Counted from the stretch's first letter, positions 9,676 through 19,101 are shown. The stretch is 64,000 nt of DNA from Myxococcales bacterium (GCA_044507075.1 JBIQKA010000014.1:4388-68387); one strand, 5' to 3'. The notes: generated by a model not told the origin, from the letters alone. Numbers and translations: made by a program.

Positions 9676-9845
9676 GGGTAAACTCCTTGAAACAGGTGTG
9701 GACAGACAAGCACATTGGGCGCGCTTTCAAATGCGGTCATTTGTCGCGGCGGCCCCTTCCACCTCTTGAACGCGCGAGCGCGGCCAATTGTCGCAGGGGG
9801 GCAGGTCACTTCCATGCGGCGCGAGGCGCGGAGTAGATTCTCGCC

Positions 9846-10268
9846 ATGAGCCGTCTTGGCGCACATTCTCATGGCATTTTGTGGCTATCGCTGTCCGGGC
9901 TGGTTGGCTGCGGGGACTCGGGCTGGCCAAAACAGCCCATTTCCATGGATGCCGGCAGCGGCTCCTCCGAAGGTGGCTCCGAAGGTCCCGCGGCCTGCGA
10001 CACGGTGCTGCCCACGAGCTGCCCGACTCCCCCGGTGACCTACGAGCAGCACGTGAAGCCCATCATCGAGGCGCGCTGCCTCCCGTGTCACCACGGCCGG
10101 GGCGAGGAGTGGCCGCTCACCGACTACCCGCACACCGCCGACTGGGCGAGCGAAATTCGCGCGGTGATCGCCGACTGCTCCATGCCGCCGCCCGAAGAGG
10201 GCATCGAGATGCCCACCAGTGAGCGACAGCTCATCCTGGAGTGGGTGCGCTGCGGCGTTCCCGAATAG
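9846..10268 (+). CDS. lipoprotein with a single CxxCH motif (PSCyt1/cytochrome c-like)
   Basis: Lipobox LSGLVGCG. HVKPIIEARCLPCHHG resembles the planctomycete-cytochrome-C type motif V.PI....C..CH. Confidence 0.5.
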   Translation: MSRLGAHSHGILWLSLSGLVGCGDSGWPKQPISMDAGSGSSEGGSEGPAACDTVLPTSCPTPPVTYEQHVKPIIEARCLPCHHGRGEEWPLTDYPHTADWASEIRAVIADCSMPPPEEGIEMPTSERQLILEWVRCGVPE

Positions 10269-10297
10269 CGGGCGTCGGCGGTGCCGGGGCCGTGCCC

Positions 10298-11278
10298 TCA
10301 GCTCGGTCGCGCGAGGTGCACCGCGAAGCGCTCTTTGGGGTCCATGAACGTCTGCACGCGCGCGAGGCCCGCCCCCGCGAACAGCGCCTCGAGCCGCTCG
10401 CGGTCGTACTTGTGGCTCGACTCCGTATGGATGCGCTCCCCTGCTGCGAAGGACACGCGCATGTCGAGCCCGTCGATCGCGACCTCCTGCGCCCGCGTGC
10501 TCTCGAGGTGCATCTCCATGCGCGAGCGCGCTTCGTTCCACACGGCCACGTGGCGAAACGACTCGAGGTCGAAGTGCCCGCCGAGCTCGCGGTTGATGCG
10601 CGCCAAGAGGTTCTTGTTGAAGGCCGCCGTGACGCCCTGCGCGTCGTCGTAGGCCGGCAGCAACACGTCCGCGCTCTTCTTGAGGTCGGCGCCCAAAAGC
10701 AGGAGCCCCGATTCGCCGAGCGCCGCGCGCACGTCCTGCAGGAGCGCGGTGGCCTGAAGATCGTCGTAGTTGCCGATCGAGCTCCCCAAAAACCACACGA
10801 ACAGCGAACCCGGGAGCTCGCTCGCCGCGCTCAGCGCCTCTTCGTGACGCGCGAGCAGGGGCCGCACGGTGAGCAAGGGCTCCTCCCTCGAAAGGCGCTG
10901 GGAGGCCTCCACCAGGGGATCGTAGGAGAGATCGGCGGGCACATACAGCGTGGGGCCCTGGCGCTCCGCGAGCGCGTGCAAGAGGATCTGGCTCTTGGTG
11001 GCGGTGCCCGCGCCCAGCTCTAGCACCTGGAGCGGGCGGGTGACGAGGGCGCGGGCGCGCGCGGCGATCTGGGCGGCATCGGTGTCGAAGATCGCGCGCT
11101 CTGCGCGCGTGAGGTAGTACTCGGGAAGCTCCGTGATCTTTTCGAACAGCGCTGAGCCACGCTCGTCGTAGAGCAGAAACGCGGGCAGCTTCTTCTCCGG
11201 CGAGGAGAGGCCGTCCCTCACGGCGGCTCCGATCCCTTCATGGGCTTCGTTGGCGAACACGAGAGGCTCCTTTTTCAT
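10298..11278 (-). CDS. egtD: L-histidine N-alpha-methyltransferase (ergothioneine biosynthesis)
   Basis: The start MKKEPLVF at 11278 overlaps the egtB stop (ATGA). Contains LLYDERGSALFEKITELPEYYLTRAE, ELGAGTATK, GSSIGNY, AYDDAQGVTAAFNKNLLARIN and HTESSHKY, the EgtD family blocks. Confidence 0.9.
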   Translation of the reverse strand: MKKEPLVFANEAHEGIGAAVRDGLSSPEKKLPAFLLYDERGSALFEKITELPEYYLTRAERAIFDTDAAQIAARARALVTRPLQVLELGAGTATKSQILLHALAERQGPTLYVPADLSYDPLVEASQRLSREEPLLTVRPLLARHEEALSAASELPGSLFVWFLGSSIGNYDDLQATALLQDVRAALGESGLLLLGADLKKSADVLLPAYDDAQGVTAAFNKNLLARINRELGGHFDLESFRHVAVWNEARSRMEMHLESTRAQEVAIDGLDMRVSFAAGERIHTESSHKYDRERLEALFAGAGLARVQTFMDPKERFAVHLARPS

Positions 11279-12579
11279 CGACCCCGGTGACCTTCGAGCG
11301 AGCGGGCGAGGCGCACGCCCGTGACCTGAAAGCGCGTTCGAGCAGGCCAGAAGTTGCGATAGCTCGCGCGCATGTGCGCCCTGGGCGTGAAGCAGGATCC
11401 GCCGCGCAGCACCAGCTGATTGACCATGAACTTGCCGTTGTACTCGCCCAGTGCCCCGGCGCTCGGCGTGTACCCGGGATAGGGCGCGTAGCTCGAGGAG
11501 GTCCACTCCCAGGCGTCGCCGAACAACTGCTGCGGGTGTGTGGCGCAGGTCTCGGCCGAAGGGAGCGGTCGCAGCGCACCGCTCTCGAGGAAGTTGCCCC
11601 GTACGGGCAGCTCACGCGCCGCGAGCTCCCACTCGGCTTCGGTGGGCAGACGCGCGCCGAGGTAGCGCGCGAGGGCGTCGGCTTCGTAGTAGCTCAGGTG
11701 CGCGATCGGCTCATCATCCTGGGCTTCACGCAGCCCGTCCAAGCCGAACACGCGCAGGGCACCTCCTCGATCACGATCGGCGTAGAGCGGCCCCGTGATC
11801 CCCTCGGCGCGCACCCAGCCAAAGCCCTCGGAGAGCCAGAGCGAAGGCTTCGCGTACCCCCCTTCGGCCTCGAACGCCTTCCACTCGCCCACCGTGACCA
11901 GGCGCTCCGAGAGCTCGAAGGGGTCGACCCACACGCGATGTCGCGGCTCTTCGTTATCGAAGCGAAAGCCCGCGCCCGCCTCCGCGCCGAGCTCGACCAG
12001 CCCGCCTTCGTAAGCGTGGAAACGGTTGGGCGCCGCGGGCTGAGTCGCCTCGGGTGCTGGGGTCCCGCGATATGCCGGATAAAACGGGTGCGCGGAGAAC
12101 GCGTGCAGGATGTCCGTCAAGATCAGCTCTTGATGTTGCTCCTCGTGGGCGAGCCCGAGCTCGACCAGGGGCGAAACCTCCAAGGCCTCCTCCGCGGAGA
12201 GGCCCGTGAGCCACTCCGTCATGCGCCCGTCGATCACTTGCCGATAGCGGGTCACTTCGTCGGCGGACGGACGCGACAAAAGCCCGCGCCTGGGCCGTGG
12301 GTGACGCGGACCGAGGCTCTCATAATAGCTGTTGAACAGGAATCGATAGTCCTCATCGAACACGCGATGGCCTCGCGGCGAAAGCACGAAGGTTTCGAAG
12401 AACCAGGTCGTGTGCGCGCGGTGCCATTTGGTGGGGCTACAGTCGGGCATCGATTGCAGCCCCTGATCTTCGCTCGACAGTGGGGCACAAATGCGCTCGG
12501 TCGCGCCGCGCACACCACGGTAACGCTCGAGAAGCTCGATTGTTCGCCGAGAGGAAGTCACCGAGCTCAATTTACGCAA
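11275..12579 (-). CDS. egtB: hercynine oxygenase / sulfoxide synthase EgtB (DinB_2 + FGE-sulfatase domains)
   Basis: SPTKWHRAHTTWFFETF and LAHEEQHQELILTDI form the DinB-like iron site. The C-terminal RLPTEAEWE...VLRGGSCFT is FGE-sulfatase-like. Confidence 0.9.
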   Translation of the reverse strand: MRKLSSVTSSRRTIELLERYRGVRGATERICAPLSSEDQGLQSMPDCSPTKWHRAHTTWFFETFVLSPRGHRVFDEDYRFLFNSYYESLGPRHPRPRRGLLSRPSADEVTRYRQVIDGRMTEWLTGLSAEEALEVSPLVELGLAHEEQHQELILTDILHAFSAHPFYPAYRGTPAPEATQPAAPNRFHAYEGGLVELGAEAGAGFRFDNEEPRHRVWVDPFELSERLVTVGEWKAFEAEGGYAKPSLWLSEGFGWVRAEGITGPLYADRDRGGALRVFGLDGLREAQDDEPIAHLSYYEADALARYLGARLPTEAEWELAARELPVRGNFLESGALRPLPSAETCATHPQQLFGDAWEWTSSSYAPYPGYTPSAGALGEYNGKFMVNQLVLRGGSCFTPRAHMRASYRNFWPARTRFQVTGVRLARSLEGHRGR

Positions 12580-12644
12580 GGGATGTGCCCGAGCGCGAGG
12601 TGATTGTGCTCCGGGTGACGTCCGGAGGTGCTAGATGCAAAGGA

Positions 12645-14051
12645 GTGTTCGCGCGCTTGCCATGGCTTCCTCTGGTGTGCGCTGCCGCCTGCCATCACGT
12701 CGGGGAGGTCAAGCCGGTCCCCGTCAGCGTGCAAGCGAGCTCACGGTGCAAGGGCGACGCCCCGCTGCCGCGTTCGCTCGCTGCCCTCCCAGGCGCGCGC
12801 GCGTCGTGGGTTCCCGATCCCGCGGACGGCGCGCTGCTGTACGTGCTCACCGTCGGGCGAGCGAGCTCCGCGCCACCGCTCGTGATCTTCCACGGCATCG
12901 GCGACAATGGCGTCGAGGATTTTTTTCCTGCCTTGCCCGTGCTCGGCCGTGCGCGGCAAGTGATCGCGCTCGACCTGCCGGGCTTTGGGCGCTCCTCCTA
13001 TCACAGCGACGATCTGGGGCCCGACCGATTGATCCGCGCGATGGAGGCCGCGCTGCGCGCCTGTGACGCGGACGCGCGCGCCGTGGACGTGCTCGGTCAC
13101 TCGAGCGGCGCGCTGCTCGCACTCTTGTTCGCGGGCAAGCACTCGGATTGGGTGCGGCACGTGGTGATGGCCGCGCCGATCGGCATCTTGCGGCCCGAGG
13201 TGCTGCTGCCCGCCCAGCTCGCCACGCAGCTCACCGACATGCACGACGATCATCCGGTGGCGGCACGGGCCTTCTTGACCCTGGCCGACATCGCGGTCCA
13301 GCTAACGCGGGCGTTGACCCCGTCTTCGCAGGCCCTGGCCGACAGCGGGCTGATCGGCCGCCGCCCCGGCGTGCTCGTGGCGACCTCGCTGCTCGACTAC
13401 AACTTCGGCGAGCCCCTCGCGAAGGTCCACACCCCCACCTTGGTGCTGGTAGGCAAGCGCGACCGGGTCGCGCCGCCGCGGGTTGCGCGCGTGCTCGAGG
13501 GGACTTTGCCCGAAGTGCGCCTCGAATACGTGGCCGGTGCTGGGCACGTGATCATGGAAGACCGACCCGACCAGTTCGCAGCCAGCGTGGAGCGCTTTCT
13601 AAGGCAGCCGTGGATCAAGCCCCACCCTCCCGAGCACGAGGCCGAGGGCCGCATCGCGGTCTGCCGCAAGCAGAGCAACATGGTGATCCGGGGGCGCTAC
13701 GAGGAGGTGGTGCTGGACGATTGCCACCACGCCTGGCTCGATCGCGTCTCGGCCGGCCGCGTCACCGTTTACCGCAGCGAGGCGCGCTTGGACCAGCTCG
13801 AGGTGCGGGAGGGCTTCACTGCACAGGACTCGCGGCTCATCTTCACGGCGGGAACGCTGCGCGGGCGCACCGCGCTCGCGCTCGACAACTCGCAGATCGA
13901 CATGGCCGGCACCACGCTCGAAGGGAGCGAGTTCGCGATCGTCTCCCGGGGCAAGAACCGACTCGCGCTCTCCGTCACCACGCTGCGCAGCCCCAACACG
14001 GACCGCGTCGTGCACCGGCTGTTCGAGCTCCACGACGGCGACGTCCGCTGA
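12645..14051 (+). CDS. alpha/beta hydrolase with lipoprotein-like signal and ~150 aa C-terminal extension
   Basis: LVIFHGIGDNG, DLPGFGRS, nucleophile elbow GHSSGA, and C-terminal GAGHVIMEDRP. The start is uncertain: the track ORF begins inside egtB, so I chose the in-frame GTG at 12645 (VFARLPWLPLVCAAAC). Confidence 0.7.
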   Translation: MFARLPWLPLVCAAACHHVGEVKPVPVSVQASSRCKGDAPLPRSLAALPGARASWVPDPADGALLYVLTVGRASSAPPLVIFHGIGDNGVEDFFPALPVLGRARQVIALDLPGFGRSSYHSDDLGPDRLIRAMEAALRACDADARAVDVLGHSSGALLALLFAGKHSDWVRHVVMAAPIGILRPEVLLPAQLATQLTDMHDDHPVAARAFLTLADIAVQLTRALTPSSQALADSGLIGRRPGVLVATSLLDYNFGEPLAKVHTPTLVLVGKRDRVAPPRVARVLEGTLPEVRLEYVAGAGHVIMEDRPDQFAASVERFLRQPWIKPHPPEHEAEGRIAVCRKQSNMVIRGRYEEVVLDDCHHAWLDRVSAGRVTVYRSEARLDQLEVREGFTAQDSRLIFTAGTLRGRTALALDNSQIDMAGTTLEGSEFAIVSRGKNRLALSVTTLRSPNTDRVVHRLFELHDGDVR

Positions 14052-14202
14052 CCCGCGGTCCTTTCGCCCGACCGTGCCGCTGTTTCGCGCGACCCTTCAC
14101 ACTTCTTCACACCCTCCCCCTCGGTCGAGCAACGCTCCCGTCGTAGGGTCCGGGTTGAATAGGCGGTCGCCCCACCCCATTCTCGAGCTAGCCTTGCCGA
14201 AA

Positions 14203-14220
14203 GCGTGCCGCCCGGCACGC
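14203..14220. promoter_or_regulatory. 18-bp palindrome 23 nt upstream of the TelA-family gene (candidate operator)
   Basis: GCGTGCCG-CC-CGGCACGC, with perfect 8-bp arms. Confidence 0.3.
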
Positions 14221-14242
14221 GAGCCAGACCACGAGGAGCACG

Positions 14243-15421
14243 ATGGCCAGCGATGATCTCGTTCTGACGCCCCCCGAGCCCGTTGCCGCCGTAACGCCGA
14301 GCAAAGCGACCGGTCTCGTCCCACTCAACGAGGGTCAGAAGTCCCAGCTCGCAACCCGCGCGGAGTCCTTCATCGACGAGCTGATCCAGCTCGACGCCAA
14401 CAGCCCGGAGTTTGGCAAGAAGGTGGAGCAGCTCACGAGCATGGGTCGGCGCGAGATCGCCGAGGCGGCAGGCCATTCCAATCGCTTCCTGGAGCGCCCG
14501 GTGAAAGCGATGGGCTCCGAGGGCAAGGTGGGCGCGGACCTGGCCGCGCTGCGGCGCACGGTGGAAGACCTCGATCCCGGCAAGCAAGGCAACCTGCTCG
14601 CGCCCAAGAAGCTGTTCGGGCTCGTGCCGTTCGGCAACAAGATGCGCGACTACTTCGACGGCTACAAGTCCGCGCAGTCGCACATCGCGGCCATCCTCAC
14701 GCGGCTTTCGAGCGGCAAGGACGAGCTGCTCAAGGACAACGCCGCGATCGACGTGGAGCGCCAGTCGCTGTGGGCCGCCATGGGGCGGCTGGAGCAGATG
14801 ATCCACATCGGCAAGTCGCTGGATCAAATGCTGGAGGCCAAGGCGGCCGATCTCGAGCATACGGATCCGACCAAGGCCAAGGCGCTACGCGAGGGCGCGC
14901 TCTTCTACGTGCGCCAGCGCCTGAACGACCTGCTCACGCAGATGGCGGTCTCCGTGCAGGGTTATTTGGCCCTCGACCTGGTCAAGAAGAACAACGTGGA
15001 GCTGATCAAGGGGGTCGACCGGGCCTCCACGACGACCGTGGCGGCGCTGCGCACCGCGGTCACGGTGGCGCAGGCGCTCACCAACCAGAAGCTCGTGCTC
15101 AACCAGATCACGGCGCTCAACACGACCACGGCCAACATCATCGAGTCCACCAGCGCGATGCTCCAGGATCAGTCGCGCACCATCCACGAGCAGGCAGCGT
15201 CGTCCACCATCCCGATCGAGACGCTCCAGAAGGCCTTCCAGAACATCTACTCCACCATGGACGCCATCGACTCCTTCAAGGAGAAGGCGCTCAGCAGCAT
15301 GAAGACCACGGTGGAGGCCCTGAGCAGCGAGGTCGAGAAGTCCCGGGGTTACATCGCGCGCGCAGAGGGCGCCGCGCAGGCGCATGGCGAGCATGCCGAG
15401 CCCTTCCGGCTGACCGAGTGA
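14243..15421 (+). CDS. toxic anion resistance protein, TelA/KlaA/YaaN family
   Basis: Full-length helical protein. ...SPEFGKKVEQLTSMGRREI..., LDPGKQGNLL, FDGYKSAQSHI..., LLKDNAAID..., ALDLVKKNNVELIKGVDRASTTT are typical of TelA. Confidence 0.8.
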   Translation: MASDDLVLTPPEPVAAVTPSKATGLVPLNEGQKSQLATRAESFIDELIQLDANSPEFGKKVEQLTSMGRREIAEAAGHSNRFLERPVKAMGSEGKVGADLAALRRTVEDLDPGKQGNLLAPKKLFGLVPFGNKMRDYFDGYKSAQSHIAAILTRLSSGKDELLKDNAAIDVERQSLWAAMGRLEQMIHIGKSLDQMLEAKAADLEHTDPTKAKALREGALFYVRQRLNDLLTQMAVSVQGYLALDLVKKNNVELIKGVDRASTTTVAALRTAVTVAQALTNQKLVLNQITALNTTTANIIESTSAMLQDQSRTIHEQAASSTIPIETLQKAFQNIYSTMDAIDSFKEKALSSMKTTVEALSSEVEKSRGYIARAEGAAQAHGEHAEPFRLTE

Positions 15422-15422
15422 A

Positions 15423-16151
15423 ATGGCGAATATCGATCGCATCATCGAGCAAGCGACCGCCCTGGTAAAGCAGCTCTCCGAGGAAGCCCACGAGCGCACC
15501 CGACGAAAGCGTCGCCGGGTCCATCGGCTCCTTCAGCGCTTCATCCGGCTCCTCGCCTGGATGGCGCTCTCCACGTTCTTGATCGTAGTCGGGATGATCA
15601 GCACGGGCTTCTTGCTCGGAGCCCGCGGGCTCACCATCCAGGCCCTGCTCACCCTGCTCCTGATCTTGCCCAGCACTTGGGCGGCCATCCTCTACTTCGG
15701 CCTCAGGAGGAGGCCTCCCCCGCGCGCCCTGCCGAGCGCCGACATCAAGCAGCTCCCTGCGCGCACCGAGGCCTGGCTCGATGAGCAACGCTGGACGCTG
15801 CCCCAAGCCGCACAAGCGAGCCTGGGCAACATCCTCGCGCGCCTCGAGGGCATCCACGCGCAGGTGCAAGCCCTGGATCCCGAATCGCCCAAGGCCTTCG
15901 AGGTGCGGCGGCTGATCGGCGAGGAGCTGCCGGAGCTGGTCGAAGGCTACCAGAAGGTCCCGCGCGCGCTGCGCGATCGGCCGAGCCACGGCGGGCAGAG
16001 CCCCGACCGCCACCTGCTCGACGGCCTCACCACGATCGAAGAGGAGATGAACCGGCTGGAGGGCGACCTGTCGGAACAAAACTTGCGCGCCCTGGCCACC
16101 CAGCAGCGCTACCTGGAGCTCAAGTACAAGCGTGACCGCAAGCTCGAGTAG
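15423..16151 (+). CDS. XpaC-like (5-bromo-4-chloroindolyl phosphate hydrolysis protein family) membrane protein
   Basis: Starts 2 nt after the TelA stop. Two TM helices follow a basic N-terminus, then a helical C-terminal domain. The TelA-like + XpaC-like pairing recalls B. subtilis xpaC-yaaN (from memory). Confidence 0.45.
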   Translation: MANIDRIIEQATALVKQLSEEAHERTRRKRRRVHRLLQRFIRLLAWMALSTFLIVVGMISTGFLLGARGLTIQALLTLLLILPSTWAAILYFGLRRRPPPRALPSADIKQLPARTEAWLDEQRWTLPQAAQASLGNILARLEGIHAQVQALDPESPKAFEVRRLIGEELPELVEGYQKVPRALRDRPSHGGQSPDRHLLDGLTTIEEEMNRLEGDLSEQNLRALATQQRYLELKYKRDRKLE

Positions 16152-16177
16152 CCGCCAGCGCGCTATGCTGCGCGCGG

Positions 16178-16948
16178 ATGTCGTTGCCCGAGTTCTCACC
16201 CCCCGTCACCGCCCCGTCAGCGCTGCTCACCACGCTGCGCCAGCAGGGCTACGCCGTCGCCGATCGCGCCTGGGTGCTGGGACTCGCAGAAGCCCGCGAA
16301 CACGAGCTCGATGACCTCGAGCGCGAGTGGGAGGGCATGCCGCGTGATCCTTATCTGAAGGACGGGGGGCAGTACCGCCGTCGTCGTCACGCCTCCTTCG
16401 TCATAGGTCCCAGGGGCAGCGAACGCGTCGCCCACCGCGCGCACTTTCAATCCTCGGCGTACAACGCGCTGCACGGCGGCATGCTGCGCTGGTTCGAGCC
16501 GATGGGCCTCGCCCTCGTCGAGCATCACGCGTTCGTTCAGCTGCTGACCGGGCTCGGGCGCCTGTTCGACGAACTGCGCCCGGCCGCCGATCCGCGCTGG
16601 TTCGTGGAGGCGCACCAATTCCGCATCGACACGGAAGATGGCATCGGGCGCCCCACCCCGGAGGGCGCCCACCGCGACGGTGTGGACTTCGTGGCACTCT
16701 TCTTGATCGCCCGTCGCGGGATCCAGGGCGGCGAGACGCGTGTCTTCGACGCCTATCGCCCCGAGGGCCTGCGCTTCACACTCATCCAACCCTGGTCGGT
16801 GCTCATGCTCGATGACGCGCGTGTGGTCCACGAGACCACGCCGATCCGGCCCTACCCGCCCGCGGAGGCGGGGTCAGGGGCGCCCCAGGACCCGCACCGC
16901 GACACCCTCGTGCTCACCTTCCGACGCGAAAGCTTCCAGGATCCGTAA
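16178..16948 (+). CDS. 2OG-Fe(II) dioxygenase family protein (PF10014-like)
   Basis: DGGQYRRRRHASF, the facial triad PEGAHRDGVDFV (HxD), and the distal VVHETTPI. Confidence 0.6.
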   Translation: MSLPEFSPPVTAPSALLTTLRQQGYAVADRAWVLGLAEAREHELDDLEREWEGMPRDPYLKDGGQYRRRRHASFVIGPRGSERVAHRAHFQSSAYNALHGGMLRWFEPMGLALVEHHAFVQLLTGLGRLFDELRPAADPRWFVEAHQFRIDTEDGIGRPTPEGAHRDGVDFVALFLIARRGIQGGETRVFDAYRPEGLRFTLIQPWSVLMLDDARVVHETTPIRPYPPAEAGSGAPQDPHRDTLVLTFRRESFQDP

Positions 16949-16996
16949 GAGCCGGGGGTCCCTACTTTTCTACGTCCGGTTTGCCTGGGTCGTACG

Positions 16997-17019
16997 CGTG
17001 CCCGTGCACGCCGGGCACG
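16997..17019. terminator. GC-rich hairpin between convergent genes (no T-tract)
   Basis: CGTGCCCG-tgcacgc-CGGGCACG, between the dioxygenase stop (16948) and the WS/DGAT stop (17056). Confidence 0.3.
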
Positions 17020-17055
17020 TACGAGCCAGAAGGGAACGGAAGGACAGCCCATCCC

Positions 17056-18459
17056 TCAGGCGTCGAGGAACGACCACCTGGCGCTGCTCTCCGCCGGCAC
17101 GGGTCTGCCCCCGAGCCCCGCGGCGCGCTCGAACTCCGCGATGCCGCGCTCGATGTGATCGAGCAGGCGCTGCATGGACGGCAGCGTTCGCCGGCAACCC
17201 ACGACCCCGAACTGCAGGGAGTCGCCGTAGCTGGTGAAGGTGATGTTGAGCGCGTTGTGATCGTGCACGATCGACGCGGGGTACATCCCATCGAGGCGGG
17301 CGCCGTTCAGGTAAAGCGGGTTCTCGGGGCCCGGCACGTTGGAGATCACCACGTTGAACGACATCCACTTGGGCCGCAGGCCGGTGAAGAGCGTGTAGAT
17401 GACCGGCGCGAGCACCATGGCGCTGAAGGTGGTGGCCTCCTCGTGGCTCATCTGGCGATAACGCTCCTTGGCTTCGTCCACCGAGTGCTTGATCACGCGC
17501 AGACGATCGACCGGATCGGCCAGGTGCGTGCCGAGGTTGGTCAGGATGACCGCGAACTGATTGCCGCCCGCGCTGTCGTCTCGGCGGATGGACATGGGCA
17601 CCATGGCCACCAGGGGCCTGTCGGGCAGCGCGTTCTGGCTCAGCAGATAACCGCGCAGGGCGCTGCTGCAGATACCCAGCGCCACGTCGTTCACGGTCGC
17701 ACCGAACACCCTGGCGATCGCCTTCACGCGCGACAGCGCGTACGACTGGGCCGCCACGCGCCGTGAGCCGGTGATCTTCTCACTCAACTTGCAGTGCGGC
17801 GCCGAATAGAGCGATACGTGCTCGGGGTTGCGTTGCGCTTTCAGAAAGACCTTGAGCGCCTCACGCATCGCGGCGGGGGTCGCCGAGAGATACTTGAAGG
17901 CGGTGTCCATGTAGAAGCCGACGTCGGCCTCCGCATCGCGGATCCGCCGCTTTCGCGGCAGCGCCCAGAAGGGCGGCATGTTGCGCTCGTCGGGATCGGG
18001 CGAGAGAGCCTGCATGCCCAAGCGCATCACCGAGATGCCATCCATCAGGCCGTGATGGACCTTGGTGTACATCGCGAAGCGCTTGTGCGAGAGCCCCTCG
18101 ATGACGTGCGTCTCCCAGAGCGGGCGCTCGCGATCGAGCAGGATCGAGTGCTCCGCGGAGACCAGGCTCAACAGCTCACGGACGCGCCCGGGCTGCGGCA
18201 GCGCGCCGTGGCGCAGGTGCAGATCGAGATCGAGCTCGGCGTCTTCCTGCCAGAACGGCACCCCGAAGCGCGAGACGAGCCGCTTGTTGAAGGGCGCCGA
18301 TGGGTGGCGGAAGGCCCGCATCTGCTCGACCAGATCGAGCACGAATTTGGGCCCCGCGCCCTCGGGCAGCGTGAACAGCTGCAGTCCTCCCACGTGCATC
18401 GGCTGCTGCCTGCGCTCGATGAACAAAAACAACTGATCACTCGGCTCCACCGCCTTCAT
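17056..18459 (-). CDS. wax ester synthase/diacylglycerol acyltransferase (WS/DGAT)
   Basis: MHVGGL near the N-terminus, the catalytic HHGLMDG (HHxxxDG), and the C-terminal NVPGP...LYLNGA block. Confidence 0.9.
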   Translation of the reverse strand: MKAVEPSDQLFLFIERRQQPMHVGGLQLFTLPEGAGPKFVLDLVEQMRAFRHPSAPFNKRLVSRFGVPFWQEDAELDLDLHLRHGALPQPGRVRELLSLVSAEHSILLDRERPLWETHVIEGLSHKRFAMYTKVHHGLMDGISVMRLGMQALSPDPDERNMPPFWALPRKRRIRDAEADVGFYMDTAFKYLSATPAAMREALKVFLKAQRNPEHVSLYSAPHCKLSEKITGSRRVAAQSYALSRVKAIARVFGATVNDVALGICSSALRGYLLSQNALPDRPLVAMVPMSIRRDDSAGGNQFAVILTNLGTHLADPVDRLRVIKHSVDEAKERYRQMSHEEATTFSAMVLAPVIYTLFTGLRPKWMSFNVVISNVPGPENPLYLNGARLDGMYPASIVHDHNALNITFTSYGDSLQFGVVGCRRTLPSMQRLLDHIERGIAEFERAAGLGGRPVPAESSARWSFLDA

Positions 18460-18687
18460 GCAACCCCCCTGTGAGACACGAGCGAGGCAGGTTTGAACCG
18501 CGCCGAAGGCGCTGACAACCCTTGTTTTTCAGGGTGCCCCGAGATGGGAGCGGGTCATGCGCGAAAGCGACGAAACCGAAAGTAGCCTTGCGTACCGTGG
18601 GCGAGCTGCTTGCAGCGCGGGTGGGGCACAGGCGATGGCTATCCCTCGAATGGAAGCCGGATCACGAGCGCCAACGTTCGCGCAAGC

Positions 18688-19101
18688 TCAGAGTTGGAGC
18701 GTGATCATGCAAGTGACCGCGATGTCCGCGACCGGCATGTTCGAGTACAGATGCGAGTGGCGGCGTAGCGCGGCGTTGACGCACTGCCGAAGTTTGTCGG
18801 CGGAGGACAAGACCGTGCCCATGTCCCCGGCTGCGGCCGCGACCTTGGCCTTCTGCTGCTCGGAGGTGAGGAGCCATTGGGAGGCGGTGGCCAGCTGGTT
18901 CTGCGTGCTGCCTTCGAGCCATTGGCGAACGCTTGCACGCTGCAGGGTGCCGCCTTCGTACCAGGCTGCGCCGACCTTCGAAGCAGATTGCTCGCTGGTA
19001 GGCGCGGCGCTGGTGTCCTCGGCGCGTGAGGGCGCCGCGTGGGTAAAGGAAACCATTGCGGCCAGCGCGAGCGCTGGCCCCATGCGACGGGAAAAGCTCA
19101 T
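18688..19101 (-). CDS. secreted hypothetical protein
   Basis: Signal peptide MGPALALAAMVSFTHAAPSRA. Codon third positions are less GC-biased than in neighbours. No family recognised. Confidence 0.5.
   Translation of the reverse strand: MSFSRRMGPALALAAMVSFTHAAPSRAEDTSAAPTSEQSASKVGAAWYEGGTLQRASVRQWLEGSTQNQLATASQWLLTSEQQKAKVAAAAGDMGTVLSSADKLRQCVNAALRRHSHLYSNMPVADIAVTCMITLQL

Noticed and set aside
9739-9797. Two TTGTCGC copies 47 nt apart in the YcnI / CxxCH-lipoprotein spacer as a metal-regulator site
   Set aside because: The match is only a 7-mer with no dyad symmetry. It is too weak to call a site and is mentioned only as context.
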